From Lama glama (Eukaryota): a stretch of DNA of 64,000 nucleotides. A model generated the notes under the pieces. It made no database searches and had not been told where the DNA came from. It saw only the letters and a list, made by a program, of their open reading frames with translations. The first letter of the stretch is position 1; each line of letters opens with the position of its first letter. Below, piece after piece: positions 13,768-28,635 of this stretch. The position numbers and the translations under genes are program-made. The stretch spans positions 40,922,001-40,986,000 of the forward strand of contig CM052816.1 of the NCBI GenBank assembly GCA_028534125.1. The letters run 5' to 3'.

Positions 13768-15632
13768 CTATCCTTTATGTTTTCTGTTGATTTTCCTAAT
13801 GTTTTGTATTCTAGTAAAATTAAGATATTTACAACTTATTTTTACACTCAGTATGGCAACACTTTTAGATGAGACAATTCACTGTCATGTGGGGACATAT
13901 TTTGAGGCAGAAAAGTACACACTGTGATGAGAAAAATGCCTTTTTTCCCTCATTCCTTACACTATGTTACCTTCTTAAATTGAAGTTCTTCAGACTAAGA
14001 CATATTTGACTAGTGTTAATTACATACTGACACATAGTTTTTAAGTCATTATACAGCTTCACAAACACTTACTGAATTCTAAGAAATATTCTAAGATGTG
14101 TCAAATGAACAAAACCATGAGGATGAGTGCTACAAATTAGGAACTGTGTGAAAAGAAAAATAAATGAGTGGCGATGAACTCAAAATAATTACGAATTGAG
14201 CTAATGAGTGCTCTTCTAAACTTGAGCCACTTCAGATGTCTAGTATATTAAGAAAGTTATAACCTGCCATTTCATCCTGAGAAATTGCTGTTGAACTCAG
14301 ACATTCATTGTACTCCTGTCTAATAACTTTGAAGGTCTGAAAAGAACCCATATTTCCAGATGCACTCAATTTGTTCTAAAATAAGTTTAATCCAGGCCTT
14401 CAGTTTAAATGCGTGCGTGTGTCATAATCTGAATGAGTAATTTTCTAATATAAGAATTTTACAATCACTGGATACAGACGATACTTTTTCAGTGTGATTA
14501 GGTACCACCAGGGCTGTCATACTCTGTCACAGCATGAACTCTACACTGATAATCTCGCCTCTCCACTCAACAGCTGTGCACCTTTGAGCAAGTCACTGAA
14601 CTTCTCTAAACCTCTGCTCCCCCATATAAAAAATAAAAATAAAGAGGTTGGACTAGGTAATTGCTCCTACCAGAGTTGGTGTCTGACTTGAAACTCATTT
14701 TCCACTTCTTTTCTGATTAAATATTAGTTGATGATCTTGACTGCATGACAGCTAAATAGTCTATTCAATTCAGTTATTGTTTATCTATAGTCTATCCCAG
14801 ATAAGATCATTGTTCTGGGGTCTGACCAAACAATATTAATAGAGAAAGAGAAATTTTTGGTCTAAATTGACAAGTTTGGCCTTCACCTGGGAACCCCAGA
14901 GCATTCCACCCAGGGACCTGACATAGGCACATTCCCCCAGTCCTGCCGCACCCTGCTGCCTGCAATCCGCCTTGACCTCCCCACGTGACCTGATAAGGAA
15001 AGCCATGTTCCTCCTCAGGGCCTGGGAGTGATAAACTTCTGTTTGATTTCCCTTGTGGTTTTTGTCAAACCATGAAAAATGACTTAGAAAATTATTAAAT
15101 TTCCCAGCAAATTCATATTTCATTCAATCCTTTAGAACTAGACATTTTCTAAAAATTTTATTAACTTTCAGAGAGTTTACAATAGGAAAGAACACTGAAA
15201 TACCCAACTTTTGAGATGTTTACTATTATTTATTACTTCTTCATTTAAAAATGTTGTATAATTTAAACTGTATTTTTAACTGTGGTAATGGACCCAGGGT
15301 TATACATAGCTCACTTGAAGCATAAGTAGTCGATTAAACTAAACAAATTGGTGAGAGAATTTTAGGACATCATAAACCCACCTGAAATCTAAGGATACCT
15401 GAAATATATTTGACATGGAAGATCATGCTATACTCTGGTCAAACTGGCAAATAAGCTATATGCATCAGGAGTCAATCCAAAAGTCTAAGAAGTATCTGGA
15501 ATTTTAAATAAGATGGTGCTCAATATTGTAAAGGAGTTCAAATTTGAGTGACAATTCTGTAAAAAGCTCCTAAGAAATGATTATACGGAATACCCCCATG
15601 TAAAGAGGCCTTTAAGAACTCACTATTAGCCA

Positions 15633-16530
15633 AAAAGCACACATGGAAAGATGCTCAACATCACTAATCACCAGGGAAATGCAAATGAAAACCACAATGA
15701 GGTATCACCTCGTATCTGTCAGAATGATTACCATCAATAAGACAATAAGTAAGTGTTGCTGAGGATGTGGAGTAAAGAACCCTTGTGCACCATTGGTGGG
15801 AATGTAAACTAGTGCAGCCACTATGGAAGACAGTCTGGAGGGTCCTCAAAAACCTGAAACTATAATTACCATTTGATGCAGCAATTCTACTCTGGGTACT
15901 TGTCCAGAGAAAACAAAAACACCAATTCAAAAAGATATATTCACCTTATGTTCACTGGAGCATATTTACCATAGCTGAGATGTGGAAGCAACCTAAGTGC
16001 CCATCAACAGATGACTGGATAAAGACGACGTGGTATATATATGTTTATACATATATAAAATGAAATATTACTCAGCCATAAAAAAGAGTGAAATCTTGTC
16101 ATTTGCAATAACATGGATGGAACTGATCTGGCTATATGTGTGTGTCAAGTAGCTAAACTACTAGAAGGTATTACACTAAGTGAACTAAGTCAAAGATAAA
16201 TACTGTGTATGTTTTCACTTATATGTGATCTAAAAAAAAAACAGAAGAAATGGATAAGTACAAGAAAACCAAAACAGACTCACAGATAGAGAACAAACTA
16301 GCAGTTGCCAGAGGGAATGGGGTGGGGCGAGAGGTGGGGGGAAGGGCAAATAGGTGAAGGGAATTAAGAGGTGCAACTTGCCAGATATAAAACAAGTAAG
16401 TCACAGGGATGCAATGTACAGCACAGGGAATATAGTCAATAATATTATAACTTTTTATGGTATGTAATCTCTAACAGTATCAAGTCACTATGTTGTACAC
16501 CTGAAACTAATACTTCAATTAAAAAAAAAA
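15633..16530 (+). mobile_element. 5'-truncated L1 (ORF2 end + 3' UTR + polyA)
   Basis: agatgctcaacatcactaatc...gaagcaacctaagtgcccatcaacagatgactggataaag, ending ttcaattaaaaaaaaa. Degenerate TSD aactcactattagcc/aactcatcattgcc. Confidence 0.9.
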
Positions 16531-17715
16531 ACTCATCATTGCCATTTAGAGGTAAGAAACTAGCAATTTTTTGCAATTAAAAAAGTACTATTTTAAAAAT
16601 ATTAGTATCAGTATAGTGAAAAACAATAAAATCCACATTTTAAAAATTAGCTGCTGATTTCCTCTCTCAGTCACATTCTGGGCTCAGGCCTCGTGATGCC
16701 ACTTGGAGACTGTAGACTGCAGTCTTTCCCTTTCTCACAAAGGATCACCCCAGAACTGAGCTATGACAGCAGACAAACTGGAATGTCTCCTTTCTTCCTT
16801 AAATAATATGTCTGACAGCAACAGAGATATGCAGCAATAAAGTACATTCTCTGCTTGGTTGTAAGCCACATATAATGGTCACTTTTAAAGAGGTTCAAAC
16901 ATTCCTTCTCTCAATGCAGAGTACAAAGAGTTCCCAAGAGCCTTTACTGATAAAAAATGTAAAGCATGTGGGTGATGAAATCACCGAGTAACAAAATTAA
17001 ATTTAAAAAAAAGTTAAAACCTAGCTGTCAGGTAGCTTCTACAGCAGAAGTGGAGTGGGGATGTACCACATATAAAAACATTATTCATAAGCAGTCAAGT
17101 CTACCAGCAGATCACACAATGGCCTACTGAACTTACATCCTCATTTCAGGGCTAGCTCAGAAGAACACAAGCAGAAGAGGCAAAAAACTGAAATGAACTG
17201 AATTAGAGAGTCCCATGGAAATCCAAAAGCCAAACAGAAGACAACTGACATTTAATAACGCATGGCTGGCTGGTTGAAGGGTAGTGCCTCATGTACATAT
17301 ATAAATACATATTACATTACACAATTCAGCTTCCATACTTTTAACATTGCTCTATTTCGTATCATGTCTAAAATATTCTGCATGGCATTGAAGAACCTCT
17401 TCTTAAAAATTTCATCCTCTTCCTTCATCCTTTTTTCCCCTCTCCTTAGCACTGCTTGACACTTTGATCTCATTAGGACGAGGGGCTAACACTGGGATTA
17501 TTTAATGCTGTTACTCTCACTTGCAATTTCTTTTCCCTTAAATTCACTCTACTACAGAACCCAAGGTTCAGTTAATGCACCAACACTGAAGCCTTGTGCA
17601 GGTGAATTGCTATGGAGGTGTAGTTGTGATCAATTCTATTTTCAAGGATGTACGTGAGAAGTGGCTTTCAAACTGAATTCCACATCAAACTCTGGAAGAG
17701 AAAAGAAGCTGATGC

Positions 17716-18100
17716 TCAGTCAGTTTGATCTGTGTAACAAAAATACCATAGACTGGGTGGGTTAAACAACAAACATTTCTTTCTCACCAGCTCTGGAGGC
17801 TGGGAAATCAAAGATGAAAGCACTGGCAGATCTAGTGTCTGGTAAGAAGAACCCACTTCCTGGCTTAAAGTTAACTGCCTTCTAGCTGTTTCCTCCCATG
17901 GCCCAGACAGTCATCTCTACTCTTTCTCTTCTTATACAAGAGCTAATGTCATCATGGAGGTTCACCGTCAGGAACTCATCTAAAGCAAACCACCTCCCAT
18001 AGGCTCAGTCTCCAAACCCAAGCACATTGGGGGCTAAGGTTTCAACACATGAATTGGTGGGTTGTTGGGGGTGTGGGGGTCACAAACATGCAGTCTGTAA
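17716..18100 (-). mobile_element. MLT1 solo LTR
   Basis: taacaaaaataccatagactgggtgggttaaacaacaaacatttctttctc...ctggaggctgggaa. Confidence 0.8.
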
Positions 18101-19989
18101 TTCCAATCAGTTGAAAGGGGATTGAAATTCTGATTTCCTTAGGACCAAGCACTCAATAATTCAACAAAACATATATTAAATTAACCCCTTTTGGACTGAA
18201 AGAGTCAAACTCTACAAATTCAATAACCTTTAAATTCTAGGCAATTAGGCATGGGAAAACACTATAAATATTTAGTAACAGCAATATTAAAGACTGCATT
18301 TGTTTTGTCCTTTATTGGGTGAGAATTTAACATTGCCCCTAAATAAGACGTTAGAAATGTCATCACCTGCTACGTTCCACTCCAGTGAAAATGTATTTCA
18401 TTCAATAATTTAATCACAACTGAGTATAAATTGTGCAAAAAGAAGAGAGCCTTGGAAAGTTATTCAGTGTAAAAAAAGAAATGTTACAAAAGAGAAGTAT
18501 TGTTAACTAGGCTTGAAGAAGCTAATGAATGATTCACTGGACAACTTCACTTGAACAGGACACACCATTATCATTTTGGTATTACTGTTTTTCATTTATA
18601 AGGAATTAATTGTAAAGTGAATCTCACCTACTTCCATTAAGCTGTGAAGAAGTGTGGTGTAACACAGTTTACTGATACTTAAGACAACCAAAGAACAATT
18701 TTCACACCTCATTACTACACATAAATGAGAGGGACAATGAAATCTAAGACATATAATAGGAGCCCTTTAGGCTCTTTGATCACTCATTATGTGGATTTTC
18801 CCCTACAATGTCACATTAGCGTCCCTGCTTTATACACCAGAACTGAAAATGATCCAGATCAGATATAAATGTTGCAGGGATTATTAGAACTCTGGTAAAC
18901 TCTTTCTGCTCAAGTGAGTGAAACAGAACAAAGTTTTTCATTTGCACAGTCTTCACCAAATCATATTTCCCTGGACAACTATTATACTTAATTTTTACAT
19001 TGACTTTAAAATTGTTCATTGAAATGCAAAAAAATATATTTTTTTATTTTCTTGAAATATTTTTATCTCATAGACTAGTAAGCATTCAATTGTAAAAAAG
19101 TGAAAAATGGGCAACTCTATGAATATAAATTGTATGCTTCCATGTCAGCTTGATGACTCCTGGATTTCTGATAGGAAAACACCTCTACTTCAAACCTTCC
19201 TTCCTATAAGGCTCTATCAAATTTGCTACTGCAGTTTTTATCTTCAAATTGTGAAAATCATTAGCACAGGCAGAAAACCCTTCAGTTTATTGCCTCATAA
19301 ACAGAAAAGGTTGAAAGAACATTCATACAAGGAAGAATCGATAAATAAATTTAGCAACTTCCTTTATTCATAGATTTTTTTTCATTTATTCTAATCAACT
19401 GCTCAAAGAGAGACAGCAGATGAGCCACATTCCAAAGTAAATTCGTTAGGTACAAAAATAACTCTAGAAACCTCTCATTTCCACAAGGTATGAAAGAGGG
19501 AGGAGAATGGAGTCTGAGAGATTGTTTTTAAAAAGATTTCTTTATAGAGAGACCTTAACTCCAAGCCCAGGGCCTCTGCGGGAAAAGGGAACGGAGTGCT
19601 GCCTCCCAGGCAGAGTCCAAGAGAAAGGGGCTTTCGCCCAATTACTTGATTACTTGGGGGACTGAGTATGTTTCTCTTTCAGCATGCACAGAAGTGGGCT
19701 GGTGTGTGAGTCCTGTCAGAGGAATCTAACGAGCAAAAGGCTGGCTGAAGCAGCCTGTAGTCAGACTAAAGGGTTCGGCCTGGGAAGCCTTCATTCTCAG
19801 ATGTGGTTGCAGCAAAGATGTTGAGCATTTCCTGTGAATGAGATGCACGCTACCCAGGACAGAAACACAATAGGGCTGTCTTGTACCCTGTGCATGAGGG
19901 CTTCCTGAAGAGGGAAGGGGGCCTGAGAAGGTAGAAGGTAGATCATTGGATGCCCAGGGCTGTGGATCAAGTCCAGAGTGAGCAGCCAA

Positions 19990-20015
19990 AAGAGAGAGAG
20001 AGAGAGAGAGAGAGA
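19990..20015. repeat. (GA)n microsatellite
   Basis: Uninterrupted AG run. Confidence 0.9.
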
Positions 20016-22179
20016 CATTCGCCTTGAGTAACCATGGAAACAGCAGCATGGGCTGTCTCCAAAGAAACTTAGGAAATGGTCCAAAATACGACTTCTTCAA
20101 AACTCTGCCACATTCCAGGGAGACAAGATCTTTGTTTTCTCACTCCTATCCTGGAAGGACCAGAAAGCAAGGCTAGAAATATGGTGGAAGGAAAACTCGA
20201 AGTTGACACAAAGCCATTTTTCTTCTAGAATTAGAAGAGAAAAAGACACAGGCCTTGACTCAGAAAATTTGTAACAAAAAGTGGAGCAGAGAAGGCTGAG
20301 TTAAAGACTTTCTTAGCAAAGGAAACCCAGAGCTCAAGTATGTAGGACAAGGGGAGTGAGTGTCTCAAGGAGGGAGGCAGCTCCGGACAGGAAAAGGTGA
20401 TCTACGGTAAAGACTGAAAAACGTCTGTTTGACTTTGATGACAGTGGCTTCCACAGAGGGATGTAGTGGAAATAATTTCAAACTGGAAAATTCGTTTATT
20501 TTTCCGCACTGGAGACATTTCTATAATAGATGTTCTGGATGTTTTGAAAACTCTACTAGAAGTTAGAACAACTATTTCTATCTCTACTACTTCTTTCCTG
20601 CACGGCCTTGAGCCAATCACTTGATTGGTCAACTGTTTCCTTACAAAAAATAGCATTTACCTCAGAAATTGTTTGAATTGACAAAAGAAGGTAATCTGGC
20701 AAGTGGCTGACAATTAAGTTTAAAGTTCTTCAAATGCACAAATAGTTTTATTTCAGTAAATTTCAATATGGATTATTTAGATAGGTATTTATACATGTTT
20801 ACTAAAAATTATATAATCAGCTAATTAAACCTTATTCTTTTAGTGCCATGCAGGTGTCAATACTTTGGAGAAAATGAAAGTCAATTCTAAAAAGGACAAA
20901 GGGTTGTATTTAATGTAGTTTTGCAATTAACTTTTATTCCTTCAATGGATGAGTATGCAAATAAATGAGTAAAATTCTAACTTACAATACATTTATAAAC
21001 AAAGAGCAAATTCACTATAAGCTGTATTTTCACAAAGGAAGACTGATTCAGAAGCATTAATGTTATCCTTATCTCCATAAACTGGTCCTCAGTATGACAG
21101 GAGGAAAAAGCAGCTCATGGAAACTGGTCCAAAAGAGCCTATTTCAGCATTTATCCTCTTGCTGATGACAGAGAACTAATCCCAGTTAAAACTCAAGCCA
21201 GTTACCAAGTTTGAGGAAGGGTACGATGACAAGATGTGTGATGAAAGCTAAATAATATCTACTATAGCTCAGGTCTGTCAATAACTTCCTGCTAGAATTT
21301 AAGATTTAAATTATTGCTGTATGATAATGCATAACAGAAAAACGTGTCCAAGAGCTGATTTCATGAAAAAGAAAAACACCCTTTAATAAAGTTTTTTAAT
21401 GTCACCTGTGTATATTATTTCAAAGTTAAGAAGGAAATCTATGAGTTATTGGCATTTTATGGCTAATTAAAATGTTTAAAATGTAATGATATAATGGATA
21501 AGCTAATCAACTCAGACATATGCTAGCTTAAAATTAATTTGTCATATCCTACAATTCAACAAAATTGCATAGAATCATCCCTCAGAGAAAATATTATATT
21601 TATCTCTGTGAAAATTTTAAATTAAGAGAAACTATTAAATAGTAATTGTAGCACAGAGCCTGAAAATTACATGTATCTGATTGTCCATGATGAATGTCCT
21701 ATCAATAATCACTGGTTTAATAGGAGAAGATTATCACTCAAAATATGAATGCATATTAAAATATATATTTGCAATGATATTATATTAGGACTTTTTATGC
21801 ATGCTAGAGGAAACCTCAAGACACTGTTTATCACTTTAGTCTACTCAGAAAATAATATCAGTATATTACGGCACTCTTAAAGAAATGCCTGATTTTAAGG
21901 AATCAATTTCTCTAAGTATTGACCAAGTAATAGTTTGTTTTCCAATGTTTCTTTTTCCTATTTCTAAACAAAAGAGAAATAGGAAAATACATAATGAAAA
22001 TAAACTGAACAGCAGACACAGACATACGCACATTATATATACCTATAAAATGTACATACATTCCACTTATGTCTATTATCACAATGTATCTTTAAGTTAT
22101 CATATTTATAGAAAGAGAAATTGAATAAAATTGATTTTAGAAAGACTGAAATAGCTGTGTTTTGTTTTAGATACCTGAT

Positions 22180-22712
22180 TGGGGTTGTGCTAACCTCAAA
22201 TGGCTCCCAAAGACCCACCCTCTCTTGTTCATAATCTTCTCCCACATTGTATCACAGTTGGTCCGTATGTGTCACCAACATCAAATGGCAAAAGTGATGG
22301 TGTGTCACTTCACTTCTGACTTAGGTTAGAAGAGACACTGCAGCTTCCCTTTCATGTGTTCTTTCTCTCTCTCTCTCTCCACCAATCTTTCTCTCTCTCT
22401 CCCTTTCTTCCCACTTCTGGAGAAAGCTGGGGCCACATTGCACTACGGAGGGCCCCAAGTGCTGAGGAACAAAGACCTCTGTCAGCAATCATGCAAGTGA
22501 GCCTGGGAGTGGATCCTCCTGCTCCAGTCGAGTCTTCACATGACTGCAGCTCCAGCCAACACCTTGATTATAAATCGTGAGAGATCCTGACCTAGAACCC
22601 CTAACTAAGCCATTCCCAAATCTTTGACTCACAGGAAGTCTGACAAAGAATGTTTGTTGTTTAAGATGCTTAAGTTTAGGGCAATTTGTTGTACAATGAT
22701 CTAAAGATATAA
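22180..22712 (+). mobile_element. MLT1 (MLT1F-like) solo LTR
   Basis: aaaagtgatggtgtgtcacttc...cagctccagccaacaccttgatt...gttgtttaagatgcttaagtttagggcaatttgtt. Confidence 0.75.
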
Positions 22713-23193
22713 TGATTTGAAGATCACGGATATAAATGAAGATACAGCTCTTGCTTATGTTTTGTTTTGAATTTAACAGTAGTATTTTCAGACCAAAACT
22801 TTTATAAACCATATATTTGCTTTCTCACATCTAGCTTGTGTTTGTTTATTTGTCTATTTATTCAGAGATCAATTTTCTCAGTGTCAGATTCATCAAGTTT
22901 TTAGTGGCTTTAAACAATCTACATATCGAGGTCCATTTTGTCAATTTAGTCTCATGTCTAATATTTGTGCTGAAGTCTGTTCCTTAATAAATTTTAGTCA
23001 CTGCTTTCCTCCCTTTGATGAAAGCTGAGTTTGTGAAATAAGTCTGTCCAAACTTTTGAGGAGATTCTACACTTGCAAAGTAAGAGTTACTATTTGCCTG
23101 TAGTAGGAATCACTCACATGCAGATTCTCCTCTCAGCTTGCTTTTCCTATCAAAGGTTTTTAGATGCAGCAGTTAACTTACTAAACCCCTCAA

Positions 23194-23246
23194 CATACAC
23201 ACACACACACATACACACACTCACACACACAGACATACACACGCAC
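23194..23246. repeat. Imperfect (CA)n microsatellite
   Basis: CA runs with interruptions. Confidence 0.85.
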
Positions 23247-24139
23247 AGAAACCTCACTAAATTATGGATGCAAATAAGGATCTCTTGGGCTGAAACATTC
23301 AGCAAGTTTTGTTTTTATACCTTATTTTCATAACTTATTTATAACTTATTTAGTATAATGGTAATTAGATTAAAATCTATTTTTCTTTCTCCTTTATTTT
23401 TTTACATTGCATTTGTACTGCTACACTTCCCTATAACACTAGCTTCTGAAATATGTTTCTATTTTATTTCTAAAGGTATTTAGCGAAACAGTAGCAGCAA
23501 AGGGCCAAAAGTTACCTCTAAGCTAAGGTCAGATATGACAATGCTTGAAACAGAGAAAATGTTCAAATAACAGAAAATCAGCCTCCAAGACAAGTGACAT
23601 TTTTTTTGCAAATGATGACATAATGTGTTTTTTTGTACCAAGACTACAATGCACAAGGCTAGTTGATTAAGTATGTTATACTCAAACTATACTTCATTAC
23701 AATATTTACAACAAAAAATTGCTACAGTTACAGTTGGTATGAAATAGAATCTTTCAAATCAATTGTATGCATCTTGTAGGATTTTGTAAACTAAAGAAGC
23801 TAAGCTATTTTTCCCCTGAAGGCTGATTTATATCTATATCTACCTACCTACCTACCTATCTATCTATCTCTATGTATTTGTTCCTTAGGTATTGTAGAGA
23901 ACCTATAGCATTGAACTGGGATAAATGACATTTGGATCATTTTTGTCTTTGATGAATCCTTATCACACCAGAAATATGAAGAAATTGAATAGGGCATCAA
24001 TCGTACAAAGGAACCCAAAGATGGTCAGCTGCCATATGTAAAGAAAGCTGAGAATTTAGGAGGTTATAGGTCCATGTTCACATATATCCATAAGAAAACA
24101 ACATGGAATTTTAAATGTAAGTAAATTTCTGTGAAAAAA

Positions 24140-24490
24140 TTCTGTGGTTGCTTGTCTCCACAAATCTGCTCACCTCCCCAAGTACAAGCACATCTCCCAG
24201 TATTTACAGCCTTTTCTGATCCTTAACCCTTAAATCTGGGTTTGTCCTGTGATTTTCTTATAAAGAATATGAAGTGCTAGAAGTGGTACAATGTAACCTA
24301 TGAATCCAACTATCTAATCAGATTACTTCACCCCATCCAACCATTGTCTGAAAACATATGAGACCCCGAGCAAAAACACAGCTCAGCAGAACCCAGTCAA
24401 ATCACCAAATCACGAGAAACAATATACTTTTGCTTTACACCATTACATTTTGGAATGATTTGTTAAAGAGAAATAAATAGCTGGAATATA
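24140..24490 (+). mobile_element. MLT1 (old subfamily) LTR
   Basis: gagaccccgagcaaaaacacagctcagcagaacccagtcaa...ccattacattttggaatgatttgtt. Confidence 0.55.
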
Positions 24491-25549
24491 GTTTTGTTTT
24501 GCTAACAGAACTTGGAAAGAGAAATATTTTGACCATTGATAGGGAAAATGCATAATAGAAAATATTGGGTTATCATTTATTGCAGAATAACTAAGGGGCA
24601 AATTCAATTGAGACAGGATTTAAAAAAAAAAAAATTGGAGGGGAATGTAGAGCTACAGAAGCCCAGCCTGGCACTGATTTCTAGGACTGCCATACTGTGA
24701 GGAAGATCAAGTTAGCTATGTGGAGAAGCTGCATAGAGAAATGCACGGCCAGCCACCAGTAGAAATACATGGACACTCCAAAGTGTTGTAAAACTTAAGA
24801 CTAGATTGCTTGTGTAATGGATATATAGCAATCTTGAAACATGAAATTAACTAATTTAATGACAGAAGCAAGATTTTTAATGTGGAAACATTACTGTGTA
24901 GTGGATAAAACATTGATTCTATAATTAGTTGACTTAAGTCCAAATCATTGGTCTGCCATTCAGCAACTATAAAAAAACTGGGCGAAAATGGAATACATTA
25001 ACATCTAGGTACCCATTCATGCAGTTGTCCAATTATACTCCTTAGGTCCATCTTGAGTTAAACCATACCCTGAATTATAACAATATAACTTTACTTTGTC
25101 TCTTTCTGAATTTTATTTACATGAAGAGCACACAATATGTTTTTTTTCCAGGCTTCCTCTGCTCAAAATTATATTTATGAGACGTACCCAACTCCTACAG
25201 AGTTGTAGTTAAGTCACTGTTCAATGTTATATTGAATTACGTATACATTTAACAATTTATTTATCCACTTTACTGTTGTGGGGATCTCCATTGCTTCCAT
25301 TTTTGAACTATGATGAATAATGCTATGATAATCCTTCCTGAATATGTCAGATTGTACAGGCACCCGTGTACTTCTACTGGAATAAAACCACTAAGAGAGT
25401 ATATCCATACTTAAAGTCAGTTAAAAATCAGAAGTAGATTCTTAAAGTGGATGTACAATGGTATCTGAGAGATTATACTGCTCCCTAGCCTTAGCAGCTT
25501 CAAAATTTCTATCCAACATTTTTACTGTCAGGTATTTTAACTACTGATT

Positions 25550-27950
25550 CTGATTTCCAGGAAGAACATTGCTCCAAGGGTTAGATGTTATGTGATATGT
25601 CTGTGTAACATTATGTTTCCTCCCCAATTTGTGAACATTAATGGCAATGAAGAGTAAACCTTTTTCAGAGGAAATATATTCATGTGGATCACAATGATGT
25701 ATTACTTCTTGTTTCTAAGCTTTCTTTGAATTATCTGCAATCATTTCTTTTTCAGAATAAGCAAAGCCTGGGATAATGCAGGATCACTTACAGTCAACAC
25801 CCATTTGTAACTCTCCTATGGGAGTCCAGTGCCAACTCAGTGACTTTGTATAAGTCCATCTTCAAGTAAGTTTTTCTCCTGATTTGCAGTGAGTGGAGAT
25901 CCTTCCTACATTATTGGGTCAGCCAGATAAGAAGGAAGTGTATTATTCTTGTTCTAACTGTGCATGGCCCTGCTCCCCTATACCAACTTATTTCATGCAC
26001 CCAAGGAGCTAGTTTTATAATTCCAAGGCATCTTCCATAGTATTCCTACCCCTGTCTTTTTGGTGAACATCTGTCTATTCAACCTAACTTAATTCTGCAT
26101 CAAAAGTCTCATAGAAACTATTTACTCTATATGGAGAACTGGGCTGTGGTTCTTAATCAGTTATTTAGAACCACATGGAAACACCACTGGCTCTGGCACA
26201 AGAATATGTAAATATTCATATACTTTACTTGGATCCACTTCTAATTCTTCCTCCTCTTTAGTCCCAAATAAACAGCTTTCAGTTCTGCCTGTTTTGCAGA
26301 TTCACTCTCTCCTTTTCCACCAGAATTTTACCATCTGTGGGATGTATTGTGATTCAATTCTAGAATTAGGAACTCCGATCAGTGAAACAAGCCAACTATT
26401 CTTTGTGTCAGTGTTTAGAGCAGTGGGTAATAGGGAGGTGGAGAGGTAGTGAGATCCCCACAGAGCTCTGCCATTGGCCTCGAAACCAGTGAAGTAAGGT
26501 GCTCATATACATGATTACATCTCCTGAATTTGTTCTCACATCCTACTGAATACAATATTTCCATCTATCAGTGACTTCTGCTCAACTACTCCTTCTCTAT
26601 CCTTCTCTGGCATACTCCCAATTCATGAAAGGCCTTTCTGGTCCCAGGATTATCTTTTATCATTAATTTTAGGGTAACTTCCCACCAATGCCCTCAGTAA
26701 CAATCTAGCAATCAACTCTCAAAAGGTCTGAAAAGAGCCTCTACATCTTTGGAAATGCTCTACTGTTTTTGAGTTCAAATCCCCAGGGAGCTTTGTGGAG
26801 TACAAGACCAAGCTTCTGCCAAAGGCCCCAGTCAGCACATCTACTTGAAGATACTAACGAACCATCTGCAGTCGGGTTAGAAGGTTCAAGTGGGACTTCT
26901 ACTGCCTGATTTTGCTCAGGGCTCCATTCAAACTCAGTTTCTTTCTGGGGTCTCTGTAAATTGGGACTAATGGATTCCTTAAGTAGGAAATGTGATTTCA
27001 CAAAAATCCAAAAGATCCTCCTGTATTTTGGCCACCTGTTTAGTGGCAGGATCAGTAAAGACAATCATTTATTAATTTTTTTTTTTGCATTTCGAGGGAT
27101 AAGTCTTGTTTCTCCAGGTAATATAATTCCTCATAATTTAACACAGTGAGCCAGCTGTATAGTTCAGCTGTCTTTATTTATCAACCAGCCACTACTTGTC
27201 AATATGGAAGACGTACATTCTCCTACATTCCTTCCTCCAAGGAGGCAATTACCACGATATCACAAATGCAAGGAACCAACTTACTCCTAATGGTTATCAA
27301 GTTCAGGGCCACTCTACTAAATTATAATGCGTGCCGGTGAATTTAAATATCCCTATGGAAAAAACCATAAACATACACTGAAATCATTTCACAAAAATGC
27401 AAATAGTGTCCTACTGAATTCCAAATAGGTATTAAAAAAAAAAAGGCATGAGCCAACTCTGCTTTGGCATAGCAATCACCTTCGGCCAGTTACACTTCTA
27501 GTACAGTCTTTACTATATTGCTTACGGCTTAGGTAATGAGGAGAGCCACCTTGTTTTATCCCCAAATGCCTACTGTCATCCTCCATGAGTGAGTCAAATT
27601 TAATGCTCCCACTTCAATCATTTCCTTAATGAGAACAGCGGTCTCATACTTTTGGAATTCCACATCACTTAATTTTCCTACAGAAAAGTGCTTGGGAAAT
27701 ACAAAAGTTCCTATTCAGCATGTCCCATTAAAACTACACAGCTTCCCTTTAACGTGTAATCTCAATTCCAATTTCATATTCAAGTAAGGGCAACGGAACC
27801 TTGGAGTATATGCTCCAGTCACATTTTCCAATCTGTCGTTTAGTTATAACCTGTACACCCTCTACCCTCTGTGCGCCCAGTGGAGTTCACATCTGGACCT
27901 GTAAGAGTGCTCTCCCACTCTGCTGCCGGATCGCTGCACACTAGTTATCC
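25550..27950 (-). mobile_element. Decayed class III (ERVL-type) pol: RT, RNase H, integrase
   Basis: Minus-strand remnants in retroviral order: RT (ELAHAFF..IPI, GYLNSPA), connection (FEWSPEQNQA..ADWGLWQK), RNase H (IFTYSCARASG ~ IFTDSWAVANG), integrase (YKWVLT..GFAY..ISSEKG). Confidence 0.75.
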
Positions 27951-28239
27951 CGTTTTTCTCACATCATCCCCAGACTATCTCGCTTATGCTGCTGAGTAAG
28001 GCCTTGGACCTCCTGTCAGGGCTTGTGTGAACTGATTGATTATAATACTTCTGTCAATCATTTTTACATTCTATTTCTTTACATGAGAGTAAATTTAATC
28101 CCATGTTCAAGTAGTTTCTGTTCTACATTATAATACTTAAAATAGGATTTAAATTCATGTAAGTTTGGTTATGTAGAGTAAATTTGATAGGTAAATTTAA
28201 AAAGTGTGAGTGTGTAATTTTGGGGGCCATGAGTAGAAT

Positions 28240-28581
28240 ATTATGGACAGAATGTGTGTTCCCCCAAATTTATATGTTGAAACTCTAATCCTCAATGCTA
28301 TGGTATTTATTTGGAGATAGGGACTTTAGGAGGTAATTAGGTCATATAGGCGGTGCCCTCAAAATGTGATTAGTGTCCTTATAAGGAAAGACACAAGAGC
28401 TTGCTTCTCTCTCCATCCTGTGAGGATACAACAAGATGACAGCCACCTGCCAACAGTAAGAAAGGCCTTACTGGCAACCCTGATCTTGGACCTTCTAGCC
28501 TCCGGAATGGTGAGAAATAGAGGTTTATTGTCTAAGCCACTCAGACCATGGTAATTTGTTATAGCTCCCAGAACTAAGACA
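28240..28581 (+). mobile_element. MLT1A-like solo LTR inserted in the ERVL relic
   Basis: cccccaaatttatatgttgaaactctaatcctcaatg...ccctgatcttggaccttctagcctccggaa...taagccactcag...ctaagaca. Confidence 0.8.
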
Positions 28582-28635
28582 GCTAGAGTTGGAAGAAATC
28601 TCTCTCTTATACCCCCAAATTTGATAACGTATTTT

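Noticed and set aside
20402..20656. 84-aa minus-strand ORF as an exon
   Set aside because: Its 3' part overlaps L2-like sequence and there are no partner exons.
21087..24040. Isolated plus-strand acceptor/donor pairs (~21087-21220, ~23889-24040)
   Set aside because: They have stops in all frames and form no consistent chain. The second resembles a CR1-like LINE remnant.
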